Counted from the first letter of the stretch, positions 23,959 to 37,830 are shown. The stretch: DNA of 64,000 nt from Chiloscyllium plagiosum (GCF_004010195.1 NC_057718.1:40938023-41002022), one strand, 5' to 3'. Program-made: numbers and translations. Notes: generated from the letters alone by a model not told the origin.

Positions 23959-24569
23959 TGTGACAAGCCTGTTCCTTTAACAAGTTTAGGTTGTCCTTGT
24001 TTTTTTTTTCAGACACGTTATAAATGACACAGGTTCTGAAACATCTGAGATTGGATGGACCTTAGGGTCAATTTGTTTACAACTAACAGATACTGCCTCA
24101 TGCAGAAGGCTTTCAAGTTTAAAGAAACACATGTATAATGAAAGGGCAGTGGCCAGTTCTAGCATCTCAGCTATTCTTTGGTTTGATTTTAATACTCTGT
24201 GTGTGTGTGTGTTATTGAAGAAAGGCTGGACTCTCTCTGTCTCTGACTTAATTCCTGTAAGAACTTGTGTTTCATTTTACCTTTTGTGCCAATGGGTGTT
24301 TATGGGGATTGTTGCAAATATTTTGGTACAGCATCATCAAGTTGGGATAGCCTATTGGGTTTTCGGATAGGATAATTTATTTGGTATTCTGTTTTCTGTT
24401 CTTTGTGTTTCATTCGGTAATTTTGTAAATAAGTTCTGTTTTGTTGAAAACTATTAGTTTGACCAGCTGATCCTCTACTGGATTATCCACTGTATACTTG
24501 TTTAAAACAAGTGCAAAGTTAGGGCTACATTCTTGAAATGTTTTGAGGGGTCTGGCCTGGTCCATAACA
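23959..24569 (+). mobile_element. Solo LTR (611 bp) with 4-bp TSD
   Basis: Starts TGTGACAA and ends CCATAACA, with AACT at 23955-23958 and 24570-24573. Termini shared with 53993-54652. Strand inferred only from shared orientation. Confidence 0.85.
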
Positions 24570-25529
24570 AACTCTTCATTGGGGTAGCTCACAGAAAAAG
24601 GCTAATGTGTACTGTAACATGAGATTTCAATACACGGATGGGTCCTGAATCAGGGATTATTTATTCCACTGGCAACAGGCCATTATAAACAGAAGGGAAA
24701 TTAAGTATAAATGAAGAACTATTAACATTATAAACGTGGAATCACCAAGTGGGTTACGTTGGATTGAAGAATTCCCTTGTTTCCATTCTCCCCGTTACCA
24801 TCAGCCTTCTCAACACCAAAGACACTTTCTTTCTGGTGAAAGGTCACTCAACAGCTCCAACTGCCCTCTTTCACTATTGCCACCTGCTGGCTAAGGTCCT
24901 GGTCAACATCTTAGCTCCTGTCCTCAATGCCTCCATCCCTATTGCTACCTGCTGCTAGAAGTCTTATTCCACATCACCGAAGAACTAATTTGATTCTGAT
25001 ATTGCCCAAGTAGACTCATTGGAAAGTCCCAAATGGGTCCTGGTACTGAATCAGTGCTCATTTCTGTAGTTGCTTCCATAAGGGCTGCTACTTGAATGGA
25101 TGACGAACGCATGTTTGGAAGCCTCAACCTCCCAGCTGACATGGAGCTGCTTCCTTCTGTTGAGCTTCCAGCCATCAGTGCTGTCAAGATTTGAGGAACA
25201 CACAAGAAACCACAGTCACTTATCTTCCATAGAATCCCATGTAGATGGGCGAGGGGAAGCAGCACTTTACTCTGTCTAGAGGCAGTGGTCAGAATGTCAT
25301 ATAATGAATTCCATCTTATCTGCAAGCAACATCTTCTTCCACTGGGGTCACTAAGGGCCATGGAATGACTCCTGCACATTAAGCTCCCATGCAGGTCATG
25401 TTGGGGACTTCATACGTACAGTACATATAGAGGACCCCTCTTGACTGACAGCTTTGTGGGAGTTTGGGGTGTGTGATTGGGAATAAAATTCTGACTATAA
25501 AAGTATATGGTTTGATTTTGACAAACAAA

Positions 25530-25650
25530 CATATAACTCTGGTCTCTGACCATTGGCAGGATGAAGCAGTAACCTCTCTCTATGACTCCATTCACAAGCA
25601 TCTCCAGTCGTCAGTCAGTAAAGCTGGGCTGCCAGCCTCCCTTTCTAAGC
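25530..25650 (-). mobile_element. Possible Harbinger Myb/SANT-like ORF relic
   Basis: Minus strand reads, with frameshift and stop, RKG..QPSFTD*.LEMLVNGVIER..LLHPANGQRP. From memory this resembles the APRFSDxxLExLVxxVxxRxxxLFP N-terminus of Harbinger DNA-binding proteins. Confidence 0.35.
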
Positions 25651-26399
25651 ATGTTGACAGCCCAGTACCACGGAGTGAAGGGCAGATTCCGGATTGCAGT
25701 GTTTGAAGTGGTTTACAGCTGGGCTGTAAATGTGGGAAACACTGGAACGTGCCAACCGTGGCAAATACTTCCCAGCTCCCCAGCCACATGATCCTCTGAG
25801 AAAGGTGTCCAAGAGCCAAGCTTCTTCATTAATGAAGTGAAGAGCAGACAATTGCATGAGAAATGTCATTCCAGTTTATCTGCATAACTGAACAGGCACC
25901 ACGATTCTTACTCAGTAAAACACGAATCCAAAATGGGAACATTTAGCTCATTGTCTTGATTGTGCTTGGTTGTGAATTGACTGTTAAGAGGAAAAGCCAA
26001 CAGAAGGTATATTTACAACCAATTACAACTCAAACACAGAATATTGAAATATCAATGTGGTATTTGTGGAAAAATGAAAAGGTAGTGTGATTTCTTGGAT
26101 CGTTCATGAAATCAAGATAACACTCACCTGTCTTTGAGCTGCCAATTGACTTGAGAAGTGTCTTCAGCATGAGATACAATGAGGGGCATGTTTTCATTGG
26201 CCACGAACTGTGCTGGAGGAGTTCATCATTCCTGCCAACACTCTCTTGTTGAAGAGAAAGCAAGAATGTTCTCTCTTGCAGCCATGCACCAAGGGTGACT
26301 TTAATTGGCAGAGAGATTGGACAAACCAAACTAGCAATAATGATGTGAAGGAGGATTTCCTTCAATGTATATGTGACAGTTTTTGAGACTAATATGTTG

Positions 26400-28527
26400 A
26401 AGAACCTACTTGAGAGCACGTTATTCTAGACTGGGTGTCGTGCTACGAGAAAAGATTAATTAACAACCTTGTTGTGCAGGGTCAATCGGAAAAAGAGCAA
26501 CCATGAAATGGTAGAGTTAATCATTTAAAATGGAGAGCAAAGAAATTGAATCTTAAACTAATGCCCTGCATCTAAATAAAAGGAACTATAGAGTATGAGG
26601 AAATAATGGATTGGGAAACTTTACTAAAGGGGTTGACAGTGGATAGGCAATGGTTATTAGTTAATAATGTTTGCATGAATTACAATTAGCCATTCCTATC
26701 CAGTGTAAAAGTAAAACAGGAAATATGGCTCAAACATGGTTTACAGAAGAAATTAAAGACAGTATTAAATCCAAAGAGGAGACATATAAAATTGTCAGAA
26801 AAAGCAACAAGCCTGAGGATTTGTAACAGTTTAGAACTCAACAAAGAGGTTGATCAAATGCAGGAAAGTTGAATATGAAAGCAAGTTTGCAAGGATCTTA
26901 GAAATTGATTGTAAAAGCTTCTATAGATAGAAGAAGAGAAAAAAAATGAGTGAAGAAAAATGTAGGTCCTTTACAACCAGAAACACTGGCAATTATAATG
27001 GGAAACAAAGAAATTACAGAAGACTTCAATACATACTGAAAACAACAAATCCTGGAGATCACAGCAATTCAGACAACATCCATGGAGTGAGTCACAGCAC
27101 AAACTGCAGGAATAACATCCCATTTTCACGCACTTTACAGCCTCCTGGATTTAATATTGAGTCCAAAACCTCTAATTTGAGAACCAATTCCCATTTCTTA
27201 CCCTTCTTTTAGCTTGTTATCATGTCCTTCCCTCCCCTATTCCACTCACTATTCTTTTAAGTTTGGCAGGAGACACACCTTTGTTCTGCCGTTCTCACAT
27301 TCTGATTATTTAATCTGAACTATCAACATCTTTTCTCCATCAGCACCCTGCGCTCACTACCCTCACCCCCACCCCTTGCAAACAAAAGCATAAATGCTGT
27401 CCCCTTCACACTTCAGCTCTGATGAAGAGTTGTCTGGATTGAAGTGTTAGCTTGCTGTCTCTCCATGGATGCTGCCTGACCCACTGTGATCTCCAGCATT
27501 TGTTGTTTTCAGTACAGATTTCAGCATCTGCAGTAATTTGTTCCTACAACTTAAATACATATTTCAGTTCTGTCTTCACAAAAGAGGACAGAAATAATTT
27601 CCCAGAAATGTTAGGGAACTAAAGATCTAATGAGTTCAACGAATTGATGAAAGTCAATATTAGTTTGGTTAATGGTATTGTTAATGGGGTTTTAAAATAA
27701 ATTAATGAGGTTAACGGTTGACAAATCACCAGGGCCTGATCATCACCATCCCATAGTACTAAAGCAAGTAACCTTGGAAATACTGGATGCATTGGTGGTC
27801 ATCTTCCAAAATTTTGGAGCAATTCGTACAGATAGAGGATGACAGATGTAACCCCACTATTTAAAAAGAGAGAAGGAAAAAATGAAATACAGATCAGTTA
27901 GCCTAATATCTGTGGTGGGGAATATATTAGACTCTATTATAAAAGATGTGATAACAGAACACTTGGAAAGCATTCCTGGGATTGGGCAAATTCAGCATGG
28001 ATTCATTAAAGGGAAATCATGCTTAACTAGTCTTCCAGAGTTTTTTGAGGATTTAATTAGTAGTTGGATAAGGGACAATCAGTGACTATCATGTATTCGG
28101 GTTTCAAGAAGGCCAAAGATAAGGTCTCACGTAACAGGCAAATAGGCAAAATGAAAACACATTGGATTGGAGGAAATATATTGGCATGGATTGAGAATTG
28201 CTTGACAGGCCAGAAACACAGAGTTGTGAGAACAATGCAAGGAGGCTTCAAGGCGACTTAGATGGGTTGAGTATGTGGACAAACACTTGGTGGATACAGT
28301 ACAATGTGGCTAAATGTGAAATTATACACTGCAGTGTAAAAAACCGAGAGGGGAAATGTATATACAAAAGGATCACCAGCTAGTGAAAGTAGATAGCCAT
28401 GTACAGCAAGTTTTCGGAAGACAAGTGGTATGTTGGCCTTCATTGCAAGAGGATTTGAGTTCAGAAGCAGAGATGTCTTATAATAATTATACAGGGCTTT
28501 GATGAGAGCACTCCTGGAGAACTGTAC
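26400..28527 (+). mobile_element. CR1 LINE (APE end to RT), left part; continues at 34448
   Basis: KYRSVSLISVVGNILDSIIKDVITEHLE..QIQHGFIKGKSCLTSL and QGDLDGLSMW..WIQYNVAKC. Breaks at LENCV. Confidence 0.88.
27035..27548 (+). mobile_element. PLE 3' end (GIY-YIG tail, 3' UTR, decayed hammerhead) with inverted upstream terminal copy and TSD
   Basis: QHKLQE*HPIF..TLQPPGFNIE at ~27095-27165 and AGCT-CTGATGA-A-GAGT..GATT-GAAG-TGTT-AGCT at 27415-27452. Segment ~27035-27087 is the reverse complement of ~27462-27514. ACTTCAATACATA / ACTTAAATACATA flank it. Confidence 0.85.
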
Positions 28528-28529
28528 AA

Positions 28530-30435
28530 AGAGCAACACAGTACAGAAACAGGCCCTTCTACCCACCAATACAGTACTGACATAGGATGCCTTTCTAAAC
28601 TAAAAAGCTTTCACCTCTACGCGGTCCATAACCCTCTATTCCCTGTTTCTTCATATCTCTGTCAAGATGCTTCTTAAATATTGCTATTGTATCTGTCTCC
28701 ACCATCTCCTCTTGGCAGCACATTCCAGGCACTTACCACTGTCTGTGTGAAAAACCTGCCTTTCACATCCCCTTTAAACTTACCCCATTTTACCTTAAAC
28801 CAATGTCCCTTAGTAATTGACATTTCTGCTCTGGAAAAAGACTCTGAAAATACATTCTACTTATGCCTGTCATAATTGTGTAAACTTCTATCATAATACC
28901 AATCATACTTGGACATTGAAGTGAAAACAAACCAATTTTTTCCAATCGCTCCTCCAAACTCGGTTACATCCTGGTAAACTGTTTCTGTATCCTTTCAAAA
29001 GCCTCCACATCTTCTTGTTGTGTGATAACCAGAATTGTACAAAATATTCTAAATGTGGTGTAACTAAAGTCCTAACAGCAGCAACATGACTTGCCAATTT
29101 TTGTATGCTATGTCCTGACCAATGAAGGCAAGCATACCATATGCCTTCTTGACCACCTTATCGACTTGTGTTGCCACATTCAGGAAACTGTAGAACTATA
29201 TGCCTAGATCTCTCAAAATGTTGATGCTACTAAGGGTTCTGCCATTTACTGTGTACTTTCCTACTGACTACACCTCCCAAAATGCCTCACTTCGCATTTG
29301 TTTGTTCTATCTGCTCAAGTCTCCAACCTATTTGTATCGTATAGAATCCTCTAGCAATTCCTCTCATTATCTGTTGTTCCCGCAATCTTTGTGACATCTG
29401 CAAACTTACTAATCAGGCCATCTGCATTCTCCTCCAAATCATTTATATATATTACAAACAGCTGGGGTCCCAGCACTGATCCCTGTGGAACACCACTGGT
29501 CACAGATCTCCAATAAAAAAAACACTACCGCCACTACTCTATGTCTTCAATGACTAAGCCAGTTCTGCATGCATCTTACCAGTTACCGTAGATCCCATGT
29601 GAAATCACCTTTTGTAACAGCCTGCCATGAAGGACCTTGTCAAAGGCCTTGCTAACATCTATCACCCTGCCCTCATCAATCATTTTTGTCACTTCCTCAA
29701 AAACTCAATCATGGTCAGGAGACACAATTTTCGCCACACAAAGCCATTCTGCCTCACGCTAATAAGTCCATATTTTTCCAGATAAGAATAAATCCTATCC
29801 CCAAGAATCTTCCCCTATAATTTCCCTACCACTGACCTAAGGCTCACCAGCCTGTAAGTTCCCAGATTATTCCTGTTTCCCTTCTTAAACAAAGGAACAA
29901 CTGACTATTCTTGAGTCCTCTGGGTCCTTTCCTGTGACTAATGAGGATGCAAAGATTTTGTGCAAGGCCCCAGTAATTTCTTCACCTGTCTCCCTCAGCA
30001 TTCTGGGATGGATCCTGTCAGGTCCTGGGGACTAGTCTACCTTAATCCTTTTTAAAGTACCCAACACCTGTTTTTTATATTAACATGCTCTAGAATATCA
30101 ATGTATCACTCCCGAGACTCACTATCCACCATGTCCTTCTCAAAGACCTCACCCATTTTCTCTGGCTCCACCAATACGTTCCCTCCTTCTTCCTTGAATG
30201 GAGATACCTTTTCCCTAGTTACCCCTCGCTCCTTATATATGTATAAAATACCTTGGGATTTTCCTTCATTCTGTTTGCCAAAGACATTTCATGGTCTCTA
30301 TAGCTCTCCTCACTCCTTGTGCCTACTTTTTCTTTTTGACTAATCTCTCAATTTTTCTTGTTGGCCAAGGTTCCTGAATCTTACCATCCTTATCATTTAT
30401 CTTCACAGAAATATTCTGGTCCTGAACTGTAATCA
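28530..30435 (-). mobile_element. CR1 LINE 3' two-thirds (nested in the + CR1); 5' part at 33078-34440
   Basis: 3' tail CACAGTACAGAAACAGGCCCTTC, and RTLVTPHLEYFVQFW in ORF 28903..29097. Confidence 0.88.
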
Positions 30436-30868
30436 TAGAGTTATAGAATCATAGCAATGTACAGCATGAAATAGACCCTTCGGTCCAACTCGTCCATGCC
30501 GACCAGATATCCCAACCCAATCTAGTCCCACCTGCCAGCACCTGGCCAATACCCCTCCAAACCCTTCTTATTCATCCAGATGCCTTTTAAATGTTGCAAT
30601 TGTACTAGCCTCGACCACTTCCTCTGGCAGCTCATTCCAGATATGTATCACCCTCTGAGTGAAAATGTTGCCTCTTAGGTTTCTTTTATATCTTTCCCCT
30701 CTCATCCTAAACCTATGCCCTCTAGATCTGGACTCCTCCCACCCCAGGGAAAATACTTTGTCTACTTATCCTATACATGCCCATCATAATTTTATAAACC
30801 TCTATGAGGTCACCCCTCAGCCTCCGATGCTTCTGGGAAAACAGCCCTAGCCTATTCAACCTCTCCCT
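30436..30868 (-). mobile_element. Young HER1-like CR1 3' end
   Basis: Close match to 44175-44600 (CCATGCCGACCAGATATCCCAACCCAATCTAGTCCCACCTGCCAGCA). Confidence 0.9.
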
Positions 30869-31696
30869 AGAAATTGGATTGAAGTATATTTACATCGGAA
30901 ATCCTCTTCTACTTCCAGTAAAGAAAAGTAAATTGCTTGTCTTCAGGTCTGGTACTTTCAATATATTATGTCAAAAATGGACAAGTTTTGGTTTATGAGA
31001 ATGAAGGCTTGCTTGTGGAAGATGTCTTTTGGATGGGCACAAACAAAGCATGATGGGAGAAAGCCCAACTTGTCAAATCCTTATTTCCCTGTGCATCTGA
31101 ATTAATTAAAACATGGGAAAATCAAGTTGCATTGTTTTTGACTTTGATTCCCATAGATTCCCAAATACATATCAGATAAGGCAGTTAAGAAAGGGGGGGA
31201 CAGGCAAAATTTCATGTGAATGACCATAATGAAAAAGGACTAATTATCTAGGCTATCAAATATAAAGTCAATACTTATCTGGCTTCTGACTGTATCATGT
31301 CATCTAGCCATTAGCTTATTCTATGTAAATTATAATTTACTGTGGTCTCAATGAGTCTTTGCTGAAGTTTGGGGATTAGACTCAAAGTTGCTGCAGAGTA
31401 ATACAGTATAATATTACAAAAAACATAACACCCTTTTAAAAGGGACGCGGATAAATGTTTGACATTGAAATATTTACAAGAGAATGAGAAAAGGCCAACC
31501 CCATGGAGCTAAGATGATAGATCTTATAAACAATTAGCACAGTTGCATTGGGTGAAAAAGACTGCTCACTACACTGAAGGACAACTAGGAATGAGCACTG
31601 ACATGCTGGCCATGTCAGTGATATCCAAATCCTGAAAATGAATAATCACCTCCTGTGTGACTGTTTTCATTATGATAAGTGTATGTTTACCACTTC

Positions 31697-32270
31697 GAGT
31701 CACAGAGATGGACAACACAGAAAGAGACCCTGCGGTCCAACCCGCTAACCAGATATCCTACATTAATCTAGTCCTATTTGCCAGCATTTGGCCCATATCC
31801 CTTTTAAACTCTTCCTATTCATATACCCATCTAGATGCCTTTTATATGTTGTAATTGTACCAGCCTCCATTACTTCCTCTGGTAGCTCTTTCCATACGCG
31901 CACCACCCTTTTTGTGAAAACGTTGTGCCTTAGGTCTTTTAATTTATCCCCTCTCACCTTAAACCCATGCCCTCTAGTTCTGGACTCACCCACCCAGGGA
32001 AAATACCTTGTCTATTTACCCTATCAATGCCCCTCATGATTTTATAAATCTCTAAGGTCACCCCTCAAGCCTCTGACACTCCAGGGAAAACAGTTCCAGC
32101 CTATCCAGCTTCTCTGTATAGTTCAAACCTCCCAACCCCGGCAACATCCTTGTAAATCTTCTCTGAACCGTTTCACAGCACCCTTCCAAAGGAGGGAGGC
32201 CATAATTGGGCACAATATTCCAAAAGTGGCCCACCTAATGTTCTGTACAGCCACAACATGACCTACCTCT
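31697..32270 (-). mobile_element. HER1-like CR1 3' end
   Basis: ORF 31763..31993(-) GESRTRGHGFKVRG..VVRVWKELPEEVMEAGTI. Confidence 0.9.
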
Positions 32271-33077
32271 CACCCCTATACTTATACAATTGATAGTTTT
32301 AATTCTCAATATGGAAAACGCCTATGCTGAGCAAAGATCCTGGCTATCAAAGCACACTCAGCTATTTGTCTTTACTGCAACACCTTTATAAAACAAACAC
32401 CCAGATAAATATGTGAGTTACAATCACTTGTTTTTATTTGACTAATCTTTTGTACTTGACAGACTACATTCATACGTGAGACATGTAGAATTAGTGAAAA
32501 TCATTAGAAATGCATACAGCTCTCTTTCCACAAGCTGCAAATTAGCTTCAGAATCAGGACATTTATGTTGGTTTGTAAATTAAGAGTTTAAACCATTTAC
32601 CAAATGAAGGCAAACTTTCTGATCTTTTCAATTCTATCAATAAGAATAAATATCCTGCTATTTGCTGCAATTTTACATGCATGGAATAGGAAAATCAATA
32701 ATCCTTCATCTTCAGGTTAAAAGTAGTACAGGTAACTTTAGACTGATAATTTAACTTGGGCATTAAGAGAAACTGATCCACAAAAACAATACATTCACAT
32801 TCTTTCATAAAGTTACTGATAGAAAATGAGAAATTAATTTAACTTAATTTACAAGTTCACAAATTAAGAAACTTAAACCTTGAAGCACTGAATATTCATC
32901 AAGTCCAATTTATTTTAAAAACTATGAGAGAAAGAGAAAAAGAGAGTAGTGAAAACAGAGGCACCAAGAAAAGGGGCTGAATAGGGCACTGTGGGTACGT
33001 AACAGGGAAACCAGGGGTGGCCTGCCCAAGGGGAGTAAAGGAGGTATGCTGCATAGCTAATTGATGAAGCTTGGTCA

Positions 33078-34440
33078 AAACTGGCCTTTAAAAAATTCCC
33101 ACATACCAGGTATGGATTTACCCTCAAACTGCTGCGCTCAGTGTACATTCCCCAATTCCTGTCTAATATTGTGGTGGTTACCCTTCCCAAAATGTAGTGC
33201 TTTCACCCAAGGATTATTCTTATCCATATCCATACGTAACTTAAACTTACAGAATTATGATCATTGTTCCCAAAATGCTCCCCACTGAAACTTCAACTAC
33301 CTGGCCTGGCTCATTCTCTAGTACCACGTCTAGTATGGCTCCTTCCTGAGATGTACTATTTGCATACTATTTCAAAAGACTGTCCTGAACGCAGTGAGCA
33401 AATTCTCCCCCATCCAAGCCCTGGCACTTAGCAAGTCCCAGTCAAAATAGGGGAAGTTAAAATCACCCACCAAAACAACCTGTTTGCACATTTTCCCACA
33501 ATCTGTCCACATATTTGTCCCTCTATCTCACACTGGCTTTTGGAGGCCTGTGATACAATCCAACCTTTTCTATTCCTGAGCTCTATACATAATGCCTCGC
33601 TGGATAAGCCTGTAATGAAGCCTCCCTCGATACAGCTGTGACTTTCTTAATACAACTCCCCCACTTAAACTAGTCTTGCCTCTCTCTCAACCAAGTCTCT
33701 GCAATAGCTACAACATCAATGTTATTATGTATTAATCCAAGCTCTAACTTCATCTGCCTTACCTGTCATATTCCTTGTATTAAAGTAAGTTCACCTTGGG
33801 CCACCGGCCATGCTGTGTTTAATTACCTCTCCTTGTCTGTCCTTCCTCTTAGCCTTACCAGCCTTAGTCTCTCACTCCTTCTCCATTGTTTTACTTAGTA
33901 CCCTACTTTCTGGTTCCTGCCCCTCTACCACACTAATTCAAACCCTCATGAGTGGTACTAACAAAACTCCCTGTCAGGATATTGGTGCTCCTCCAGTTTA
34001 GGTGCAATTTGTTCTTCTTGTACAGGTCCCATCTGCCCCAGAAGACATCCCAATAATCCACATACCTGAAGCCCTCCTTACTACACCAGCTGTTTAGCCA
34101 AATATTCAACTCTGTGATCTTCTAATCCCTAGCCTCACTGGCATGTGGTACAGGAAGTAGTCCCAAGATTTCAACCCTAGATGGCCTACTTTTCAATTTC
34201 TTGCCTAACTCCCTGAACTCCCTTCAAAGGACATCCTCTCTTCCTGTCTATGACTTTGGTACCAATATATGCCACAACCTCTGACTGCTCACCCTTCAAA
34301 ATAATTGCTCAGAGACATCCTTGACCTTGACACCAGGTAGGCAACACAACCATGCTGGAGTCTCACATGCAACCACCAAAATCTATATATGCCCCTGACT
34401 ACAGAGTCCTCAAACCCTATGCTCGACCCTTGCTGCTGTA
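33078..34440 (-). mobile_element. CR1 LINE 5' part (APE/ORF1 region), continuation of 28530-30435
   Basis: Colinear with 46620-47270 of the paralogous CR1. GGGAAGTTAAAATCACCCAC reads VGDFNFP on the minus strand. Confidence 0.75.
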
Positions 34441-34447
34441 AAACAGT

Positions 34448-34980
34448 GACAATTCTGATCTCCCTACCTTATACAGGATATACTTGCCATATAGGGAGTG
34501 CAGCAAAGGTTCATTAGGCTAATACCAGGGATGGCAGGACTGTCATATGAGGAAATATTTGTTTGACTGGGCCTGAAGTCACAAGAGTTTAGAAGGATGA
34601 GATTGAAGCCTGATTAAAACATATGAAATTCTAACATGGCTGGACAGACCAGATGTTGGGAGGATGTTTTCCCCAGTTGGGAGTTTAGAATCATGGGTCA
34701 CATACTCAGGATACAGAGTTGACCATTAAGAAATGAAATGAGGGAATATTTCTTCACTCCGAGGATGGTCAACCCATGGAATTCACTACCACAGAAGGCT
34801 GTGGAGACCAGGTCACTGAGTATGTTCGAGAAAGAGATTTATAAATCGTTGGGTATTAAAGTCATTAATAGTATGGAAAGGAAGTGGAATATAGCATTGA
34901 ATAAAGGATCACATTGAATGGTGGAGTCGGCTTGAAGGGCCAAGTGGCCTACTCCTGCTCCTAATTTCGATATTTCTATG
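34448..34980 (+). mobile_element. CR1 LINE 3' end (continuation of 26400-28527)
   Basis: Resumes QF*SPYL..DILAI.GVQQRFIRLIPGMAGLSYEE and ends GGCCTACTCCTGCTCCTAATTTC. Confidence 0.85.
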
Positions 34981-36749
34981 TAATAAATAATATCTTGGCC
35001 TCATTTCATGTGACATTTTCAAAGGTAAATTGATTATTGTTAACAAGTCAGTTATTGTGTTTCAGTTTTAATCTATTTTTTTCAGTAATTCATCATAAAT
35101 TGAATGACACCAACTTAAACGCACCTTTTGGATGATATCTACTTGAGATATTACAACATTATTGGGAAAATTTTCATAAACGTATTTTCTTTTTTAAGTA
35201 AAATAGCAGATTTATTAATCTAGAAATCACTCCTTATGTCTGTTTGAAGTAACGCGTGCTTGCACAGCATGAAACATCAAGGACCTTTCAAGTTTTCCTC
35301 TGGTATGTGTTCTGGTATGTGGTTATGGCATTTTTTCCAGTCAAATCAGTACTTTAATTTTACCACTGTTAATGTCGGTTTTAGGGCTTGTATTTAACAG
35401 TTGGCTTTCTTTTAAACTATGATTCAAACTCATGGAATTATATTTAATCAATAGAAGTAAGAATAATCATTCATCTCATTTTGAAGCACTTGATGAAATA
35501 ATAGCCTTCATATTACCAGAAAATATATCTAAGATTTTTTTTATCGAAAACAAGCTCTTACTATGTATTAAAACTTATTGCAAAACATCATGAAAGAAGA
35601 CTTGAAAAGGGCTTTATTTTACTGCCATGAAACCTTTTATATGATCCAGGAAACTTTTGTATAAAAATTTTAATCTGTTTTAATTGAAAGGGATATGGCA
35701 GACTGCTTACATTGTTACCAATTGCTATTTTGTATATATTAAATTCAGGATATGGAAGCTATATGTCATTGGCAATTCATTACAGGTACTTATTATTCTT
35801 ATGTGGTGCAATGGTGTAGGGGGTGCCACAGTATATGACACAGTATTATGAAATCACTGTGTGATTAGATAGTCAATCCATTAAGCTCTCTACCATTCAT
35901 ACAAAATGCTTTCTACTATTTTTCTGACTGAACTTCAAGATAATTCTTAAGTCAAAGGAATATTCCTGTAACCTTGTTAAAAATCATAAATCTGTGCATA
36001 TTTCTGTCAGCCTTTTATTTTTATCTAGTCTTACTGCAGTTAGTCTTATACTGTAAAGCTTAGCTAGCTGTTTCCACACTGATTGAGCAATATGACCTGT
36101 GGATTTCAAGAAATCACTCAAAATCATTTCTGAAAATAATTTCATTACCTTTTTTTGTTTTGGTAAATTAATTTTCAAGCATTTAATGTGAGGCTTTGTC
36201 AGAAGAAAACAAAATCAAAGCAAAACAAGCTATTGCAATTGTGTTTGTCCATTAATTTGTATTTTGCATATTATAATGCCCACAATGCATTTTTATTCAA
36301 GAAGACTTCAGCCTCTGCCAAGATGTTGATGATACTATTTACATTAATTATCCTTTAGTCCACTGCAATTATTTCCTTTCCCTTACTTTGCACTTCCTTT
36401 CTCTTACTTCCCAAATGTCACCCAACAAAACCTCTTGGACATACCAGTGGTTGACCTGGGTCACTCATCATTGCCAGACTGCTCCCGTTTGAGGAACTGG
36501 CATTAGGAAAGAGGGAATACCAAAATCTACCTTCCTGCCCTTGCCTCTAACCCCACACTCCACCATGGCCCTTATCCTGTCAACACCCATTTGAGTCCAA
36601 GGGTCCAACAGTCACATCTGGAGAAGTCCCTTAAACACAACCAGTTTAATCCAACTTGATTTCTTTGGGGTGCTGACGACAAAGCAGAGCTAGTTGGCTG
36701 GCTGCTGTCAGCATGTGAAATTCACCCCATTGCCCCTGAGAGGCAATTA

Positions 36750-37639
36750 CTTTGGTTGAGCCTCGCCCATACAAGTGAGGCATTTGCTTTTGGTTTTGGT
36801 CTGTGTGTATGGAAGGATTAAACAATCAACTTGTCAGTTTAGCTGGAGCTATGCTTTTAAGCTATTATGTGTCAGAAAGCAGCAGACTGGGGCCCTGTTG
36901 TAGTAGTAACGAGAACTTGTTTGTTTTCTGAGAGTCTCACAATTGGAGAGTCCAAAATTTGAAAGGCATTAGCTTGCTTTTGGTTTAGAAGAATCCTCTA
37001 TTAATTATTTCTTTGCTTAGGAAAATCCCATAGATTGAAAAGCTTTTGGGTTCAGTTGGAAGAAGACTTAGCTGGGGCCAGATATGATAACAGTTCCTCC
37101 TGGAGAAAGGAGTTAGTTCAGAACAGTTGTAAAATAGATTACCTCAGGGTAAGGGCTTTTGTTTGAAAATTCCTGAGCAGAAGTGTTTGAGTAGAAACCT
37201 GAAGGGGTTATTTTAAGCTAATAAAATTTACACTTAGTTGTGTGAATAAACAATGAAAAGGCTATCAATCTCTCAAGTCCAGGAATTGAAGGAAGCAGTT
37301 ACATAAAACTCATCAATGTGATAGAGAAGGAACTCTCTCTGATATTTGAGTACTACAAACTGACGGATTTTGTTTTGTCATGTATTTTGAAACTTTCATA
37401 TTGTGTTATATGTAAATAATTTTGTTTTATTTTGTCATAGAGGCATAAAGGTGGACAGCACAGAAAAAACAAAGCCTCAAATAAACTTGTGCTTTATTGT
37501 CAAGAGCAAATCTGCAGCATTTAGTACTTATATATCAGTGAAATACCACTATAATTAATATAAAGAATATGATTAAACAAGCCAGACTTTAGTCTGGGAC
37601 CTGGGTTTTCTAGAAGTAACATCATCTGGGATCACAACA
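36750..37639 (+). mobile_element. Possible LTR-like element (5' boundary unresolved)
   Basis: Ends CTGGGATCACAACA, resembling the CCATAACA LTR termini, and contains an AATAAA. No 5' TG or TSD identified. Confidence 0.3.
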
Positions 37640-37656
37640 CAATCAATCTTGCAAAA

Positions 37657-37830
37657 GTTGGTTGAAGGATGAATACCAGCCAAAACACCAGAAAAAAAAC
37701 ACCCGCGCTCGGTTTTGAAAACTGTTGGGGCAATCACTTATGCACACCGAAAAGTGCAGCTGATAATCTTTGCTGAAAAATCCATTCTGATAGTCAAGAC
37801 CTTCTGTACTACTTCAATACTCAATGAAGA
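37657..37830 (-). mobile_element. Possible ancient Deu-domain SINE relic
   Basis: TTGGTTGAAGGATGAATACCAGCCAAAACACCAG...CCCGCGCTC..TTGAAAACTG..GGG resembles, from memory, the reverse complement of the Deu central domain. Highly diverged. Confidence 0.35.

Noticed and set aside
31596..31620. Perfect 10-bp hairpin CACTGACATG-CTGGC-CATGTCAGTG
   Set aside because: It overlaps a decayed LINE/SINE 3' tail, and such a hairpin is expected by chance or from the tail stem-loop.
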